Source: a virus. From it: a stretch of DNA of 64,000 bases. A program made the translations under genes and the position numbers. The notes below the pieces were generated by a model. It was given only the letters and a program-made list of their open reading frames with translations, was not told where the DNA came from and did no database searches. Positions within the stretch are counted from its first letter, which is position 1, and every line of letters starts with the position of its first letter. Shown here piece after piece: positions 56,701-64,000 of the stretch. The stretch covers positions 51,208 to 115,207 of IMG/VR virus record IMGVR_UViG_3300008107_000014; one strand, 5' to 3'.

Positions 56701-57993
56701 TATCAATGTAGTGCCGGTAATTGTACCACTTGATACAATTGCATTGGCCGCTGCACCACTACCACCACCGCCTGTGATGATAATACTAATTGGACCATAT
56801 CCACTACCTGCTTGTGTAATACTAAGTTCTGATACTTTATATGTTAGATTAAATGTTGCACCAGCACCAACAGAGCCAGTAACAGCCACTGATAAAGTTG
56901 TACCAACATCAACAACACCCGGTAATGCTGTATAGTTTCCGCGACCAATAACTTCGTATGAAAGTATTGATCCATTAACGTTACTAACTCTTAAAATTTG
57001 TATGCTAGCTCGGCTACTACCTGTACCTGGGCTAGATGGTAATCCCATTTGCAATACATCACCTGCTTTATAGCCAGTGCCAGGATTTCTCAATGAAAAT
57101 GTGTCAACCGACATTCTTGGAATAATAACACCGCCGGAACCAGAATCTAGTGCTGGTTCAATTTTGGTCAATGTACACGGAATGCCGTCATTGTATACTA
57201 ATCTCTTTTGATATACACTTAACTCATATAAACTATCTGCAATTATTTTCTCGGCTTCTTTTAATGCACGTTCTAGTGTTCTAAACGCATAAGCTGGAGA
57301 TCTACCTTTTTTATCTTCTGGTATATCGTCTCTGTTATCGGCACCTCCAAGATTTACATAAATTGAGGCAGTACTCTTAAAGGTTGATAGATCAACATAA
57401 TTTTTAGTGGCTGCAATTAGCCCTTCGTAGTCAGCATCGTCTGAAGTTCGTGGATTTCTTGAAAGTACCAACGCACCAGACATTGTACCAAATGCGGTAT
57501 TATTAAGTCCAGTCTCTGGATCAATGGCATCAACGCCCGCCAAAGATATTTTTGTATCTGCATAAGTTTTATTAACAGCTTCAGTTGGACCTGCTGGACT
57601 AGGCAAATTAAAAATCTTGTGATTAATACCGTTGAATCTAGCATCTAGGTCACCACCTAATTGAGGTGTTGTATCGCTGGCCACGTCTTGATTTAACGGT
57701 CTTAGAGTAATTGTACCAGCATTTTCGTCAACGTCAATGGCCATTGACGCACCTGATGTTAGGGTTTTAAACGATAGACCGTTTTGTGCTTGATTTACTA
57801 CTAGGAGTTTTCCCTGTTGCCCAAGATAAGAACCCGGTGAGTCGTCAAGATTAATAAACCTTAATCTTTCGCCGAGTCCTAAAGAGCCGTACAGTTCTTG
57901 AAAGTTGTCGTTTACTTTCTTAAACGAATCGCGAATACTATCGCCTGTGCCGTCGTTGTTGGATAGGCCAACGTCAATTACTTTTCTAGTCAT
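50713..57993 (-). CDS. very large tail fibre / baseplate receptor-binding protein (about 2426 aa)
   Basis: NDGTGDSIRDSF N-terminus, A(A/V)TK.Y repeats, beta-helix-like region, C-terminal YADLAEYY..GTVL intramolecular-chaperone-like domain. Confidence 0.8.
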   Translation of the reverse strand: MTRKVIDVGLSNNDGTGDSIRDSFKKVNDNFQELYGSLGLGERLRFINLDDSPGSYLGQQGKLLVVNQAQNGLSFKTLTSGASMAIDVDENAGTITLRPLNQDVASDTTPQLGGDLDARFNGINHKIFNLPSPAGPTEAVNKTYADTKISLAGVDAIDPETGLNNTAFGTMSGALVLSRNPRTSDDADYEGLIAATKNYVDLSTFKSTASIYVNLGGADNRDDIPEDKKGRSPAYAFRTLERALKEAEKIIADSLYELSVYQKRLVYNDGIPCTLTKIEPALDSGSGGVIIPRMSVDTFSLRNPGTGYKAGDVLQMGLPSSPGTGSSRASIQILRVSNVNGSILSYEVIGRGNYTALPGVVDVGTTLSVAVTGSVGAGATFNLTYKVSELSITQAGSGYGPISIIITGGGGSGAAANAIVSSGTITGTTLISTGNGYTSLPTISVYLPRLFVFTNGARTDFSSSLDTLARDIREGLGIKGLTSGAIAEILAHDAKLDDSSSGYPLGTGKNELFDIGVISGQFIEGEELAYGELIKNKNITVQIETGTFEENLPLRVPANISIVGEEFRRTSIRPKPGVSTSPYTQIYFRRDPVIDNLRVTGLFGINQALNTTATPSARSGIIIVTLGSGNTSTNWLGKVWKTSALRGEGIITQIINSTQLRVKIHDQLSSISTIGSGATFTATISGTTLTVSGVSNGTIVDGMEINAVGATTVAIGTYIISQLTGTTGGQGTYRLNRGSNILSSTSMFGSQWQIYTVNEYGYHYLTDPSRPIYPLIENSGNNINAATLLGLNKLFIQEEVITNVNLTFTGYNEALCKRDVGLMIDAIIYDLIYGGYSRSVEAALKYYQSASGLIALGLTGSQEAGFTNIITGSQKASTLAAIAYINTLAEKVVKNEPITRTNTNVEAVQIINFSLTRESTAVGTISALINTIYNMLDNPTNVNFPKDNREMDVFLMNDANILRQISVQGHGGFAQVLDPEGQILNKSPYSQQGSIFSASNNKQRFAGGMFIDGYTGNQLYRVRSKTTVGSEANYVFEVDKLVRRPQLPCTFVVEGITYKVNYLRNYVFSTGANGSSATLVLDSSTPYTNTIAGIITGCTGSGSGSTARITFPTPRASAPFVVGNRIDVSGFGGDASGYNGIQTVTACTTTYVEFASGETDAGTGGTVAESFELITAGYRSMLSNDWTQINDMGYGLFVTNSGISEAVGMFTYYCYNAYYASNGGEIRAVGGSSAHGVYALRAEGADPKEVPNAVTVGRDFSQTVNVLSSGQYSNARGDNELYVTGYTYEPLPDSVIDVMHYRDATAAAGLQITAITPSGSKTNLTVASAETLFAARDYIQITGINSGSSFSPLFNYQRTISTFRIDSVTTNTIVLDFVSTSSGTLNIAVTGASWTGGIATVTFANQTVNPYVVGQRVIVSGILTSTGYNGTYNITAVTPTSISYPVVSNPGVYGSAGTLAVMAVLTGVKRTYSLNSLNYGDGSSFGGIPNNTARLFLEPLSTQPGETGLYAALPTGTPITIRQSKRLWLNGVSDFSAAKSSTALLFNADDPDLDVNDVITYATDELVNRTTGGNKEALASLREGYRYIEITAKSVQRLVGTAYYGAVGATRISINELTDLFDIAKLNSGRYAFLWYGVEYVVTAYTAGVSGVAAYITINKALVRAIDGLQSELTLFVGPKVGEQASITVAISTLRATAFDLLDIGSGSYADTNYPNNIFGSPVNPNQPANEAAEVGKGRVFYTTIDQEGNFKVGKLFGVNQSTGEATLSARISLSNIASLQLSQGVPIGEFSADPNFSSPSSRAVATELATKLYIDRRLGHDASDRLNTDRIGPGFIDTSGKNWMTANLNMNNAGRIINMLNPSANDDAATKRWLSVPHLGGYAGSAPSAGNLFVYTGTNTADLNETIVATEGFTNAAVTGDLSVTLDSGARTINFQIASGAIANAEVNAAAAIEQSKLTIANSITTTSASITGVSATATGGIATLTYTNQSNSVTGAATAPVTAGQRVVISGFANAALNGVFAVNASPAPTSTSFAYTPTTNPGVITPAVTGGVITPQRGLSTFNIGQFDSTNGHIAVKDNGLALNKLVKVSQNKVLGYVGGNTTNNVEEVSLSDIVSNGGAVLKSLYSSVGVLYQKVGGSTANADLTVLPVTSTTYTTGVTADLVKSIVSRDNNGNVGVNELVLDGVLKMSRGAGNLGSGADYTVMDILAITGGKSTVMYGAGSLQKGRIVVQTSDSGTAVDITRHFNNKHVFSDTSGGTTTYVCTPNLASAENLDQGAAGKIYGAWTLEGTSKFEATYADLAEYYEGDQEYEVGTVLVFGGDKEVTTTKTAGDTRVAGVVSNTAAYSMNFECPGIKVCIALQGRVPVKVVGKVKKGDMLVTSSIPGVAVVAGADVKVGTVIGKAISSYDSDHIGVVEVSIGRT

Positions 57994-58063
57994 GTTTCGT
58001 TCCAATAAATGTGGTTACTCTAATATTTATTCAAATTTTTTATAAGCCTAATGTAAATACATA

Positions 58064-58351
58064 ATGTATATTAAGTGCGAAACTAAAATGGTTGTCTACG
58101 AAAGACCTAGTAAATTGGGCACTATTCACGAATATACTAGGACTAAAACCCTAGCATTGTTTATTTGTGACAATTGTGGTACAGAGTTTCAACGAGAGCT
58201 TAAAAAGATCAGCAGTAAGAGATTAAGCAATCATTATTTTCATTGCTGTAGTAACTGTGATAGTAAACAATTTGCTCAACGAAAGAGTGTTGAGCGAAAG
58301 AGTATTTGGGATATGCCAGCCAGTACCGAGTTGCCGGTGGGCAAGTACTAA
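58064..58351 (+). CDS. small zinc-binding protein
   Basis: CDNC ... HCCSNC. Confidence 0.65.
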   Translation: MYIKCETKMVVYERPSKLGTIHEYTRTKTLALFICDNCGTEFQRELKKISSKRLSNHYFHCCSNCDSKQFAQRKSVERKSIWDMPASTELPVGKY

Positions 58352-58378
58352 TAAATAAAAATCTAAGGAGGAACTTAA

Positions 58379-58615
58379 ATGTTCAAAGCAATTAAAGAGT
58401 TTATGTTTGGAAAGCCAGTAGCACCCGCAGCTGAAGTACCATACAAAGTAGAAGCAGTAAATGCAGCACCAGTTGTAGTAGAAGAGGTCAAGCCAGTAGT
58501 GGCAGCAACTCCTGCACCTAAGAAAGCTGCCCCTAAAAAGCAGCAATTTGCAAAAAAACCAGCACCGGCCAAAAAGCCAGCTGGTAAAAAGCCTGCACCT
58601 AAAAAGGCAGTTTAA
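58379..58615 (+). CDS. Ala/Pro/Lys-rich histone-H1-like small protein
   Basis: PAKK/APKK repeats, AGGAGG SD. Confidence 0.7.
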   Translation: MFKAIKEFMFGKPVAPAAEVPYKVEAVNAAPVVVEEVKPVVAATPAPKKAAPKKQQFAKKPAPAKKPAGKKPAPKKAV

Positions 58616-58627
58616 TTTTTTTGCATA

Positions 58628-58660
58628 TAAGAAAGCGGGATTAAACCCGCTTTTCTTTTG
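58628..58660. terminator. bidirectional intrinsic terminator between convergent genes
   Basis: AAGAAAGCGGG-ATTAAA-CCCGCTTTTCTTTT. Confidence 0.8.
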
Positions 58661-58661
58661 A

Positions 58662-59675
58662 TTATTTTAAGCAATCAGCAAAGGCAAAACTAGCTAGATT
58701 TTTGGCCTTGCTTTCACACATAATGTCAAAGTGTTCATTAAACTGAATTGCCCAGTCGTTGACTTCTTTATTCCAATAGAAGTTCGAATGTGCTCTAAGT
58801 TTGCCTTTTTTGTAGCCGGCGTCTAAGAGGGTCTGAAGATCGGGACGGATGATACTGGAATGACCAACGAGTACATCTTCGCGAGAAACACTGTAATGAC
58901 AAGTAGGGCGCACACCGCGCCAACTATCAATAACACGTTGAACACGTTGATCGCTAGGATCAATATATTCGCCCGAGTTAATCCAGTGGTGATGTATGTC
59001 AAGTACGATCGGAACAACGTCAGCAAGTTCCAAACAGGTATTAAGATTGTGTGTGATTTCTTCATTTTCGATTGTTATACAGTTACGTGCTTCGGTGCTC
59101 AAACGAGATAAAACAGCACGTATTCCATCGGGGCCTCGTCGACCCGAGATATGAACGTTGATTTTAAAGTCTTGAAACGTTTGACCAAATCCCATCCAGC
59201 GAACCATGTCTGCATGATATTCAAACTCCTCAATTGATCGTTCTACAATATTGTCAGACTCAGATGCAAGCACAGTAAACTGGCCGGGATGAAAACTAAG
59301 GCGAACGTTATTCTGGCGAGCCAAATCTCCCACCCTTCTAAATTCTCTTTCGCAATAGGCTCGTACATCGGGAAGCCTCCAAAACCAGCTCCAATCTTGC
59401 TGAGTATATACAGGAAGTATATCGCTACTGAGTCGTACCATTCTAAGATTTTCATCAAACGTGCCTACCTTTTCAACAAGCAGGCGACATGCTTCGATAT
59501 TGTGTTTCATCAACTCCCACAATTTTTCTTCAGCAACAGCCCGCGATTGTCTATTTAACCAAGCAACAGTAGTGGTACTGGTATTATATTGTTTGCAGTT
59601 ATCGGTTTGTTTAATGCCATCAATTTGGCTAGGACCGTCGATGAGTTTGCAGGCAAAGCCTATACGCTTAATCAT
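58662..59675 (-). CDS. uvsE: UV damage endonuclease (UVDE)
   Basis: IGFAC, RLSSDILP, RLSFHPGQF..L, IENEE, VLDIHHH, HYS, AHS, DIMCESKAK. Confidence 0.93.
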   Translation of the reverse strand: MIKRIGFACKLIDGPSQIDGIKQTDNCKQYNTSTTTVAWLNRQSRAVAEEKLWELMKHNIEACRLLVEKVGTFDENLRMVRLSSDILPVYTQQDWSWFWRLPDVRAYCEREFRRVGDLARQNNVRLSFHPGQFTVLASESDNIVERSIEEFEYHADMVRWMGFGQTFQDFKINVHISGRRGPDGIRAVLSRLSTEARNCITIENEEITHNLNTCLELADVVPIVLDIHHHWINSGEYIDPSDQRVQRVIDSWRGVRPTCHYSVSREDVLVGHSSIIRPDLQTLLDAGYKKGKLRAHSNFYWNKEVNDWAIQFNEHFDIMCESKAKNLASFAFADCLK

Positions 59676-59842
59676 TAATGCACCGCCGCTTTCTCATTTA
59701 CAGTACATTCAACTATCCAATTATTAAACTCAGTGAATTTGTTGACTTCTATACCTAGTCCAACTGCTTCGTTTACAAAATGCTTTAACAGTGCATTATA
59801 CAACTCGTCGGGCATTGTATCTTTATTAAACTGGATTTTCAT
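59675..59842 (-). CDS. 55-aa hypothetical protein (not in ORF track)
   Basis: MKIQFNKDTMPDELYNALLKHF...; TAATG overlap with uvsE. Confidence 0.6.
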   Translation of the reverse strand: MKIQFNKDTMPDELYNALLKHFVNEAVGLGIEVNKFTEFNNWIVECTVNEKAAVH

Positions 59843-59890
59843 TAGCTAGCCTTAACGGGTGGATTAATATTAAAAGCTAGTATAGCATTG

Positions 59891-60586
59891 TTATTTCCAG
59901 TTGTCAACAATGATGGGATCTTTTACTTCGTGTGGGTTTGGTGTGCCGTGGAACGCTAGTACCGCTGTTGATTTTGGAACCTTTGGATCTGCAACGTCTC
60001 TAAACACATATCCGCTATGCTGTCTAACTAGCTCGTCTTGTTTACGAATTTCCCACTTATAACTTCTAATCCAATCTGCAGGAAAGAACTGTATGTCTTG
60101 TCGACACACATTCCAAATATAGTCTTGATCGCCCTGGAATCTTCTAGTTATTGTTGGATCTGCTTCAATGGTTGCCCAAAGTTTGTCGTAGTCGTCACCT
60201 TGCCAGCGAAGAACAGCACTGCCTAACTTAGGAGGACGATGACCCCATACTCGGCCTACATCTTCCAGTCCTACAAATTGTCCGGGCAAATAATCAACAA
60301 AGTGATTGATGTTACGAACAATGACCATGTCTAGGTCAAAGAACAGATTAACATCTGTTGGACTAAAATGACCACGTTTAAAAATAAAAGGCTTCCACCA
60401 CCATCCTTGAATGTTCATAGGTGGCAGCATTCTTACATTAACGTTTTCATTTAATCCTGCTGAGTCATCAGTAAAACAGATAAAATTATGTGGCACAGTT
60501 AAGTGCCGCTGAATCATGTTATACAGATTGTTTACATATTCCGGTCCATACTTTTGACCGTGTTTTAAGCATATTACATTTAACAT
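59891..60586 (-). CDS. GT-A glycosyltransferase-like protein
   Basis: KYGPEYV..L, FICFTD, WWWKP, FFDLDMVI (DxD), GDQDYI, FHG.P.P. Confidence 0.75.
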   Translation of the reverse strand: MLNVICLKHGQKYGPEYVNNLYNMIQRHLTVPHNFICFTDDSAGLNENVNVRMLPPMNIQGWWWKPFIFKRGHFSPTDVNLFFDLDMVIVRNINHFVDYLPGQFVGLEDVGRVWGHRPPKLGSAVLRWQGDDYDKLWATIEADPTITRRFQGDQDYIWNVCRQDIQFFPADWIRSYKWEIRKQDELVRQHSGYVFRDVADPKVPKSTAVLAFHGTPNPHEVKDPIIVDNWK

Positions 60587-60744
60587 TACCAGTGCCTTAT
60601 AACGCCTGCTATAATAAACAGGTTAGTAATTATATAGCACAATACTATAAGAGTTCGAACAAGTGCTACCATATCAGCTTCCTGATCGGTAGCACCTGCT
60701 TTTTCTCCTAGGGCCTTTGCCCAAATGTGCCACAGTCTACGCAA
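60586..60744 (-). CDS. 52-aa small membrane protein (not in ORF track)
   Basis: (M)RRLWHIWAKALGEKAGATDQEADMVALVRTLIVLCYIITNLFIIAGVIRHW; fills the gap exactly. Confidence 0.65.
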   Translation of the reverse strand: MRRLWHIWAKALGEKAGATDQEADMVALVRTLIVLCYIITNLFIIAGVIRHW

Positions 60745-61311
60745 TTATGCCTCATAACTTGCGGAGTTAGCTTGGTGTTCAAATACTTCCACTGAACGAA
60801 GTTTAACACCCTTGCCTACAGGATAACGGCACTCAAACATTTTACCATTTTCTAAAGTGTAAGATTCTCCGCGTTGGAATGTTTCTAGAATATCTTTCAT
60901 TTTCATAAAAGCAGTTTCACTAAACTTTTCGCAACCAACCGCTTCTACAATACGTAGATCACATATTGCTCCACGTTCATGAGGGGCACCTTCAGGTCCT
61001 GTTCCAGTGCCGCTAGTAGGAGGATCTCCTAAATTGGCCATCTGTTTAAAGAAATTCAAATGTGGGTCATCTTCAGCAATTACCAAAGTATGATCGAACA
61101 TGTATTCGCTCCACTCTTTAAATGCTTTGAGTCCGCCAAAGTCCATGACCCAGTTACGATCGTCTAATGTTTCAGATTCAAATATTAATTTAATTCCGAT
61201 TGAATAGCCGTGTAGTGTTGAACAATGGCTGTGGCGACTACGCCATTGTCTAAAACAACAAGATAAACCCCTGTCGTTGCCGTACGTTTTTGTTGAAAGA
61301 TATTTTGCCAT
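60745..61311 (-). CDS. queD: 6-carboxy-5,6,7,8-tetrahydropterin synthase
   Basis: HCSTLHGYS (C-x3-HG), NWVMDFGGLK, FDHT, GCEKF, VEVFE. Confidence 0.88.
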   Translation of the reverse strand: MAKYLSTKTYGNDRGLSCCFRQWRSRHSHCSTLHGYSIGIKLIFESETLDDRNWVMDFGGLKAFKEWSEYMFDHTLVIAEDDPHLNFFKQMANLGDPPTSGTGTGPEGAPHERGAICDLRIVEAVGCEKFSETAFMKMKDILETFQRGESYTLENGKMFECRYPVGKGVKLRSVEVFEHQANSASYEA

Positions 61312-61417
61312 CTCTAGTCTCCTTTAATGAATGAGCAAGTTTGACGACATGCAGAGTTTATATAGCGGGATGAATGACGTTAAAAGTCCGCTGTGTGTGT
61401 ATTATAAAGAATATTTA

Positions 61418-62029
61418 TTAAGTTTGCAAATCTGCCACAGCCATTGTGAAGTCTGCTATGCTCAATAGATTAACATTTGACAATGTCCATTCTCTCGGCA
61501 TCTGCCATCCGTGAACATTATAAATTGTAAATTGAGTATTAGGAAAGCATTCAAAAACCTTGCCTATTTGATAGACCCAATAGCTAGGATCTACTTTTGG
61601 TTTGTCTGGAGTCAAATAATTAGCAGTGCCTTTGTAGACATTATTGACTAGATGGTCATTGCCATGTAAATCAAATCCTATCATATGCACATCAGTATTT
61701 TCCAGTGCCGCTATTAATACAGCATACGGCCCACTACCCCAATGCCACGGATCGTCTGACCGTCCTTCGCCTGTATACGGAAGACTGGGAACAATGCAAA
61801 CATTTGAACATTTATTGTATTCCTGTATCCAGTTAGTACGTGTGTATATTTTTGAATTGAGTGTTGTTGGATTCTTAAGAGCTTCGTCTACCATACGTGT
61901 GTCAACGCATACAAGATGTTCTACAAAGTAGTCACGGTGAATAGCATTACATCCATACTTGATGCATGATGCTTTTGAAATGTTGACAGAGCCACGGCTT
62001 TCGCCGTTGCCCAAAACTAATGATTGCAT
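61418..62029 (-). CDS. Rossmann-like hypothetical (GT/MptE-DUF115-like)
   Basis: LVLGNGESR, GCNAIHRDY..HLVCVD, WGSG, MIGFDL. Confidence 0.5.
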   Translation of the reverse strand: MQSLVLGNGESRGSVNISKASCIKYGCNAIHRDYFVEHLVCVDTRMVDEALKNPTTLNSKIYTRTNWIQEYNKCSNVCIVPSLPYTGEGRSDDPWHWGSGPYAVLIAALENTDVHMIGFDLHGNDHLVNNVYKGTANYLTPDKPKVDPSYWVYQIGKVFECFPNTQFTIYNVHGWQMPREWTLSNVNLLSIADFTMAVADLQT

Positions 62030-62896
62030 TTATCTTGGCTGTATTTGACCGAATGGTAACCACTGACCAGGAGCGCCTGCTTGAACACATACCCAACCAA
62101 TAAAGCTATTAGTTGATGGTGCAGAGTTCCAAACAATATCGCCTACAGTGTGTGATCCACCACTCGGGGGTTCTGTTCCACTTAGGTGTAACTTATCGTT
62201 AAATTTTACAGCCCCTGCAACATGTAAGTCAACTCTTGTGTCTGGTTGTGATACATTAATACCTAATTTGCCATTAACTGTTACTTTACTAGGACCAGAA
62301 TTTCTATTCCCTAGTTCGATATCACCGCCACCGCTAACAGATATACGTGCAGTATTATCGGTGACAATATCAAAATCGTTTGATGCATATGTTCCAACTG
62401 CACCTCGACTATGCTCTGTTGTTCCTAACATAACCTCAACACCGTTTTCTAAAATGCTAAACATTGCATTTGGTGTATCGGTTCCTAGTCCTAGTCTGTC
62501 TGTTGCAGAATCATAGAACATGTACTGATTAATTTGTAGATCACCGTCTACAATTAAACCACGTAGTCGACCTAGTTCTTTTAGATTACTCTTAGTAACA
62601 CTTGGACCTAATTCTCGTTCGCTGATAACAGGAACATTATTAATTGAGATATTTTTATCTTTGGCAAGATCAATAGTTTCTGAACTATAAATTCTGTCTG
62701 GATTTGTAGTTGTGATAAACTGTTTGGTTGCACCTGCACCTGTCCAGATTAACCCTTTACCTACTAGATTACCATTGCCACTTACTTTAAATTCAATGTG
62801 TGGAATGTTGGCAATGCTTACTTCTTGAAACTGTTCGTCTAGTAAAATTTTTAACGCATCAGTTACCGCTGTGATTTTTTGTTCTACGTTGCTCAT
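62030..62896 (-). CDS. structural beta-rich protein, paralogue of 62893..64000
   Basis: GKGLIW..NPDR..DLAKDK..ELGPSV.KSN..ELGRLRGL; C-terminal GDIVWN..GWVC...G.W. Confidence 0.7.
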   Translation of the reverse strand: MSNVEQKITAVTDALKILLDEQFQEVSIANIPHIEFKVSGNGNLVGKGLIWTGAGATKQFITTTNPDRIYSSETIDLAKDKNISINNVPVISERELGPSVTKSNLKELGRLRGLIVDGDLQINQYMFYDSATDRLGLGTDTPNAMFSILENGVEVMLGTTEHSRGAVGTYASNDFDIVTDNTARISVSGGGDIELGNRNSGPSKVTVNGKLGINVSQPDTRVDLHVAGAVKFNDKLHLSGTEPPSGGSHTVGDIVWNSAPSTNSFIGWVCVQAGAPGQWLPFGQIQPR

Positions 62897-64000
62897 ATAT
62901 TAACTAATGCTCCAAATGCAGCCCAACGACCTGGGTTTCCGCTAATTGTACATATCCAGCCTGCATAAGAACCGACCTGCGGATTTGTATTCCATACTAC
63001 ATCGCCCTTGATAAATTCGCCCGTACTTGGATGAGTGTCGGCATATTGATGTATATGACCGTGATAACGAATAGGACCGTTAACGTGTAGATCAACTTCT
63101 GGATCTGGATTGTTAACTCTAATTGCTAGCTTTCCGTGAATTGAAACTTGAATAGGTGCTTGGGCAATGTTACCTAGTTTAATATTTCCGTTTGACTCTA
63201 CGGAAATTCTAGGACGACTATCTGTGACTATGTCAAAAGGTATACTTGCATATGTGCCAACCATGCCTCTTGTGCTTTCTCTAGTACCTAACACTACTTC
63301 TATAGCATCTTCGGCAACGCTTAGAGCAGCATGTGGTTGATCTGTGCCTAGGCCTAGTCTATCCGATTCTGCACTATAAAACATGTACTGATTAATTTGT
63401 ACGTCACCGTCCACTGTAAGACCGCGTAATCTACCTAGCTCTCTGATATTACTTTTTATAACACTCGGGCCTAGTTCTTTTTCAGATAACACCGAAACAT
63501 TACCTATTGAAAATACTTTATCTTTGGCAATGTCTAGATGCTCAGTTGAAAACAATCTGTCTGGATTTGCTGCTATAACAAGTTGTTTGGTAATGCCAGT
63601 ACCTGTCCATAACAATCCTTTGCCGTAGATTGATTCTTCGCCGGTAGACTTAAATTCCAAAGGACTGTATTTTTCTAACTTTACATCAGCTCTAATTTCG
63701 CTGACTTCTAAAACATTGGCTTTAAGTAGACCTGCAACTTCCATGCTGTCTGCAATGACTTTGCCCTCGACTTTTAAGTTGTCTTTGACAGTTTCTACCT
63801 TTAAATTTGTTATAGATGCTGCATCGTCAGTTAATGTAATTTGAGTTTTACTGGCTTTATCGTCGATGCCTGCGCTTGAAAAGTTTACAATCTTGCCACC
63901 GGAGACATGATCTCCTGATAACGAACGTTTTGGTAAATTTTGTAGGAAATGTGTTACGTCAATGGTAGCTGCTGCCTGCACTTTTATTGCGGCACCCAGC
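62893..64000 (-). CDS. structural beta-rich protein, 5' end probably outside the window
   Basis: Same blocks as 62030..62896; the frame stays open to the window edge. Confidence 0.7.
   Translation of the reverse strand, partial: LGAAIKVQAAATIDVTHFLQNLPKRSLSGDHVSGGKIVNFSSAGIDDKASKTQITLTDDAASITNLKVETVKDNLKVEGKVIADSMEVAGLLKANVLEVSEIRADVKLEKYSPLEFKSTGEESIYGKGLLWTGTGITKQLVIAANPDRLFSTEHLDIAKDKVFSIGNVSVLSEKELGPSVIKSNIRELGRLRGLTVDGDVQINQYMFYSAESDRLGLGTDQPHAALSVAEDAIEVVLGTRESTRGMVGTYASIPFDIVTDSRPRISVESNGNIKLGNIAQAPIQVSIHGKLAIRVNNPDPEVDLHVNGPIRYHGHIHQYADTHPSTGEFIKGDVVWNTNPQVGSYAGWICTISGNPGRWAAFGALVNI

Larger units (their letters stand above)
6723..61417. promoter_or_regulatory. dispersed TAAATA T4-late-type promoter boxes in intergenic gaps
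   Basis: Minus strand: 6723, 7456, 20205, 24561, 24824, 29929, 35194, 36574, 39108, 48826, 58024, 61412. Plus strand: 39160, 58054, 58352. Each lies just upstream of a gene start. Confidence 0.6.

Noticed and set aside
60586-60744. ncRNA in the apparent gap (GTGCTACC...GGTAGCAC inverted repeat)
   Set aside because: The gap is fully explained by a 52-aa membrane-protein ORF, so the hairpin may be incidental.
905-62516. Many short antisense or alternate-frame ORFs in the track
   Set aside because: They overlap well-supported genes and show no motifs or SD. Only the lipobox-bearing Rz1 was kept.
1-64000. CRISPR arrays, tRNAs, rRNA, integrase/transposase, alternative genetic code
   Set aside because: None recognised. 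ORFs are long and tightly packed under the standard code, with all three stop codons in use.

Overview
This 64-kb window is from a large lytic dsDNA phage: a T4-like/jumbo myovirus, AT-rich, densely packed and mostly on the minus strand. There is no integrase, rRNA, tRNA or CRISPR array. Left to right: (1) a + strand glycan-modification island with a GDP-mannose 3,5-epimerase, three GT10-like 'ITEK' proteins, a 2OG-Fe(II) oxygenase and a methyltransferase; (2) RNase H and small hypothetical genes; (3) a 7-deazaguanine DNA-modification cluster (queE, dCMP deaminase, purine PRTase, cupin, folE, a GT-B glycosyltransferase resembling queuosine-mannosyltransferase GTDC1/QTMAN, a QueD paralogue of DpdL type, a GIY-YIG-like nuclease and a 518-aa TGT-fold DpdA), apparently co-transcribed with the sliding clamp and family-B DNA polymerase; (4) probable capsid-internal proteins sharing an N-terminal M-[KR]-x-x-E-[IFL] tag; (5) dnaJ-def-clpA; (6) a lysis cassette with GH19 endolysin, Rz with embedded Rz1, and holin; (7) phoH, clamp loader, UDP-glucose dehydrogenase, MazG-like enzyme, GroES and a stand-alone DnaE fragment; (8) baseplate and tail-fibre genes; (9) uvsE, a glycosyltransferase, canonical queD and two paralogous structural proteins. 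The best candidate for an undescribed system is a replisome-tethered, QueC-independent 7-deazaguanine pathway that may make a glycosylated deazaguanine. DpdA and the cluster nuclease carry the same C-terminal N-x-F-x-x-L-F motif as the DNA polymerase's putative clamp-binding tail. All family calls rest on recalled motifs, not database searches.
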